From Alphaproteobacteria bacterium (lineage in GTDB: Bacteria > Pseudomonadota > Alphaproteobacteria > UBA6615), in the NCBI GenBank assembly GCA_009694135.1, contig SHVS01000011.1:3972-67971 (forward strand): 64,000 nt of DNA, in the 5' to 3' direction. The notes below the pieces were generated by a model. The model saw only the letters and a program-made list of their open reading frames with translations, was not told where the DNA came from and did no database searches. Made by a program: the position numbers and the translations under genes. Below are positions 62,330 to 64,000 of the stretch, one piece after another; the stretch's first letter is position 1, and each line of letters opens with the position of its first letter.

Positions 62330-62677
62330 GTGGCGACATCGAGCACGGTCAGCGTTGTTATCATCGAAGCCGACGGCGCACGGCGCGAGCTCGCGGCGCC
62401 CACCGGGCTGTCGGTGATGGAGCTGGCGCGCAATATCGGGCTCGATGTCGAGGGGGCCTGCGAGGGCGCGCTCGCCTGCTCCACCTGCCATGTCATCGTC
62501 GATCCGGCCTGGTATGAGCGCTTGTCGCCGCCGAGCGAGGAAGAGGAGGACATGCTCGACCTCGCCCTTGGCTTGACCCGCACCTCGCGCTTGGGCTGCC
62601 AGATCATTCTTCGCCCGGAGCTGAACGGTCTTACGCTGCGCCTGCCGGCGGCGGTCAGTAACCAGCTCATCGGATAA
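62330..62677 (+). CDS. fdx: [2Fe-2S] ferredoxin, adrenodoxin-type
   Basis: C-x5-C-x2-C...C pattern (GACEGALACSTCH...GCQI). Confidence 0.8.
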   Translation: MATSSTVSVVIIEADGARRELAAPTGLSVMELARNIGLDVEGACEGALACSTCHVIVDPAWYERLSPPSEEEEDMLDLALGLTRTSRLGCQIILRPELNGLTLRLPAAVSNQLIG

Positions 62678-62679
62678 AC

Positions 62680-63393
62680 ATGGACTTGCGCGACCTGCCC
62701 TTTGTCGTCACCGGCGGGGCCGGAGCGCTGGGCGCGGCCGTGGTGGCAAGGCTGCTCGATGAGGGTGCGCTGGTTCACTTGCCGCTACGCGATGCACGCG
62801 CCACCGATCACCTGCCCTGGGCCGGACATCCCGCGCTGCGAATCACAGTCGGCATTGAGTTGACTGACGAAGACGCGGTGACCCGCTATTACGCCGCGCT
62901 GCCCGCGCTTTGGGCCTCGCTGCAGCTCGCCGGTGGTTTTGCTTCGGCAAAATTTACCGACATCACCGCTGCCGATCTCGAGCGGGTACTGGCGAGCAAT
63001 CTCCGCACGGCGTTTTTATGCAGCCGCGAGGCCGTGCGCGCGATGCGGGCGCACCCGGCCCCTGGCCGTCGCGGCGGGCGCATCGTCAATGTCACGGCGA
63101 AACCGGCGCTCGAGCCGCGCGCCGGTGCCGGCATGGTTGCCTATGCAGCCGCCAAGGCAGCGGTCGCGGCGATGACGGTGGCGCTAGCGGAGGAAGTGGC
63201 TGGGGAGGGGATCCTCGCCAATGCCGTGGCCCCGTCGATCATCGACAGCGCGGCCAATCGCTTAGCGATGCCGCAAGCCGATTGGGCCGCTTGGCCGAAG
63301 CCGGCGGAGATCGCGGAAGCGATCCTGTTTCTCGCCAGCCCGCTCAATCGCGCCGCGCGCAGCGGCGTTATACCACTTTACGGGCGCGGCTGA
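62680..63393 (+). CDS. SDR-family oxidoreductase
   Basis: TGGAGALGAAV Rossmann motif, YAAAK catalytic dyad. Confidence 0.75.
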   Translation: MDLRDLPFVVTGGAGALGAAVVARLLDEGALVHLPLRDARATDHLPWAGHPALRITVGIELTDEDAVTRYYAALPALWASLQLAGGFASAKFTDITAADLERVLASNLRTAFLCSREAVRAMRAHPAPGRRGGRIVNVTAKPALEPRAGAGMVAYAAAKAAVAAMTVALAEEVAGEGILANAVAPSIIDSAANRLAMPQADWAAWPKPAEIAEAILFLASPLNRAARSGVIPLYGRG

Positions 63394-64000
63394 GTTTCCG
63401 GCCACCAGCGCAGCAACGCGAGCCCAATTCCGGCCGAGAGCAGCGATCCGGCCAACACGCCGATGCGGATCGCAGCGGTGCGTGGCGCGTCGTCGAAGGC
63501 GAGCGAGCCGATAAACAGGCTCATGGTGAAGCCGATTCCGGCCAGGCACGCGACCCCCATAAGGTCGCGCCAGGTCACCCCGCTGGGGAGCCGCGCGAAC
63601 CCAAGCCTTATGGTGATCCAGGCGGCGGCCAGCACGCCGGCGGGCTTGCCGAGCAGCAATCCGAAGGCGATGCCGAGTGGCAGCGTCGCGAACAGATCGC
63701 GCACGCCGATATCGCCAAAATGCACGCCCGCATTGGCGAATCCGAACAGCGGCAAGATCCCAAACGCGACCCAGGGGTGCAGCTCGTGCTCCAAGCGGAT
63801 GAGCGGCGACTGGCCGTCCGCATCGCGGGCGCGCAGCGGAATGGCGAAGGCGAGCACCACCCCAGCCAGGGTCGCATGCACGCCCGAATTCAGCACCGAG
63901 GCCCAGAGCGCGACCCCGAGCAGCAGATAAGCGCCGCGTCGCGCGACACCGAGGACATTGAGCGCGGCCAGGGCGGCAATCAGCACTCCGGCGAACAGCA
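63378..64000 (-). CDS. nhaA: Na+/H+ antiporter NhaA (C-terminal part; gene continues beyond window end)
   Basis: NhaA TM motifs ALAALNVLGV, LGILPLFGFANAGV, DDAPRTAAIRIGVLAGS; no start codon before the window end. Confidence 0.8.
   Translation of the reverse strand, partial: LFAGVLIAALAALNVLGVARRGAYLLLGVALWASVLNSGVHATLAGVVLAFAIPLRARDADGQSPLIRLEHELHPWVAFGILPLFGFANAGVHFGDIGVRDLFATLPLGIAFGLLLGKPAGVLAAAWITIRLGFARLPSGVTWRDLMGVACLAGIGFTMSLFIGSLAFDDAPRTAAIRIGVLAGSLLSAGIGLALLRWWPETQPRP

Overview
This 64-kb window is high-G+C (about 65-70% by eye) alphaproteobacterial chromosomal DNA. Gene order (tlpA/argH-lipoprotein-lysA-TIGR02302, cpdR-like/zinc-ribbon/ftsEX/ydcF/plsC, hisC-tyrC, metXW, glnE/asmA-like, suf operon) fits a Rhizobiales/Rhodospirillales-type genome. 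I call about 60 protein-coding genes, almost all core housekeeping: GluQRS, PduO-type B12 adenosyltransferase, EtfBA, Hbd, TlpA, ArgH, LysA, FtsEX, PlsC, class II RNR NrdJ, ChaC, TyrC, HisC, chorismate mutase, MetXW, RNase E, AmiC, PBP1A, RF2, Bcp, GlnE, TyrS, AnmK, CysE, two NifS/IscS desulfurases and SufBCDS-SufU-SufT-SufA-Fdx. I found no rRNA, tRNA or CRISPR. Things that stand out from the sequence: (1) the classic programmed +1 frameshift site (CTT TGA C with upstream GGGAGG) in prfB; (2) glnE interrupted by a single in-frame TAA; (3) an ~8-kb accessory insertion that splits the Fe-S locus between iscS and the Rrf2/suf operon, made of a degraded IS5-family remnant, a lower-G+C PQQ alcohol dehydrogenase plus convergent cytochrome c, an intact ~0.84-kb IS5-family element with 18-bp inverted repeats, and a trio of secreted hypothetical protein, secreted pentapeptide-repeat protein and TPR-adenylate cyclase; (4) a ~0.5-kb low-G+C islet with an ORFan secreted/lipoprotein gene between hbd and tlpA; (5) a CpdR-like receiver gene with no in-frame start codon, a probable 1-nt frameshift; (6) a 47-codon lipoprotein gene missed by the ORF track that is coupled by ATGA overlaps to both argH and lysA. 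I do not see a clear multi-gene system of a recognisably new type. The accessory insertion and the low-G+C islet are the best places to look.
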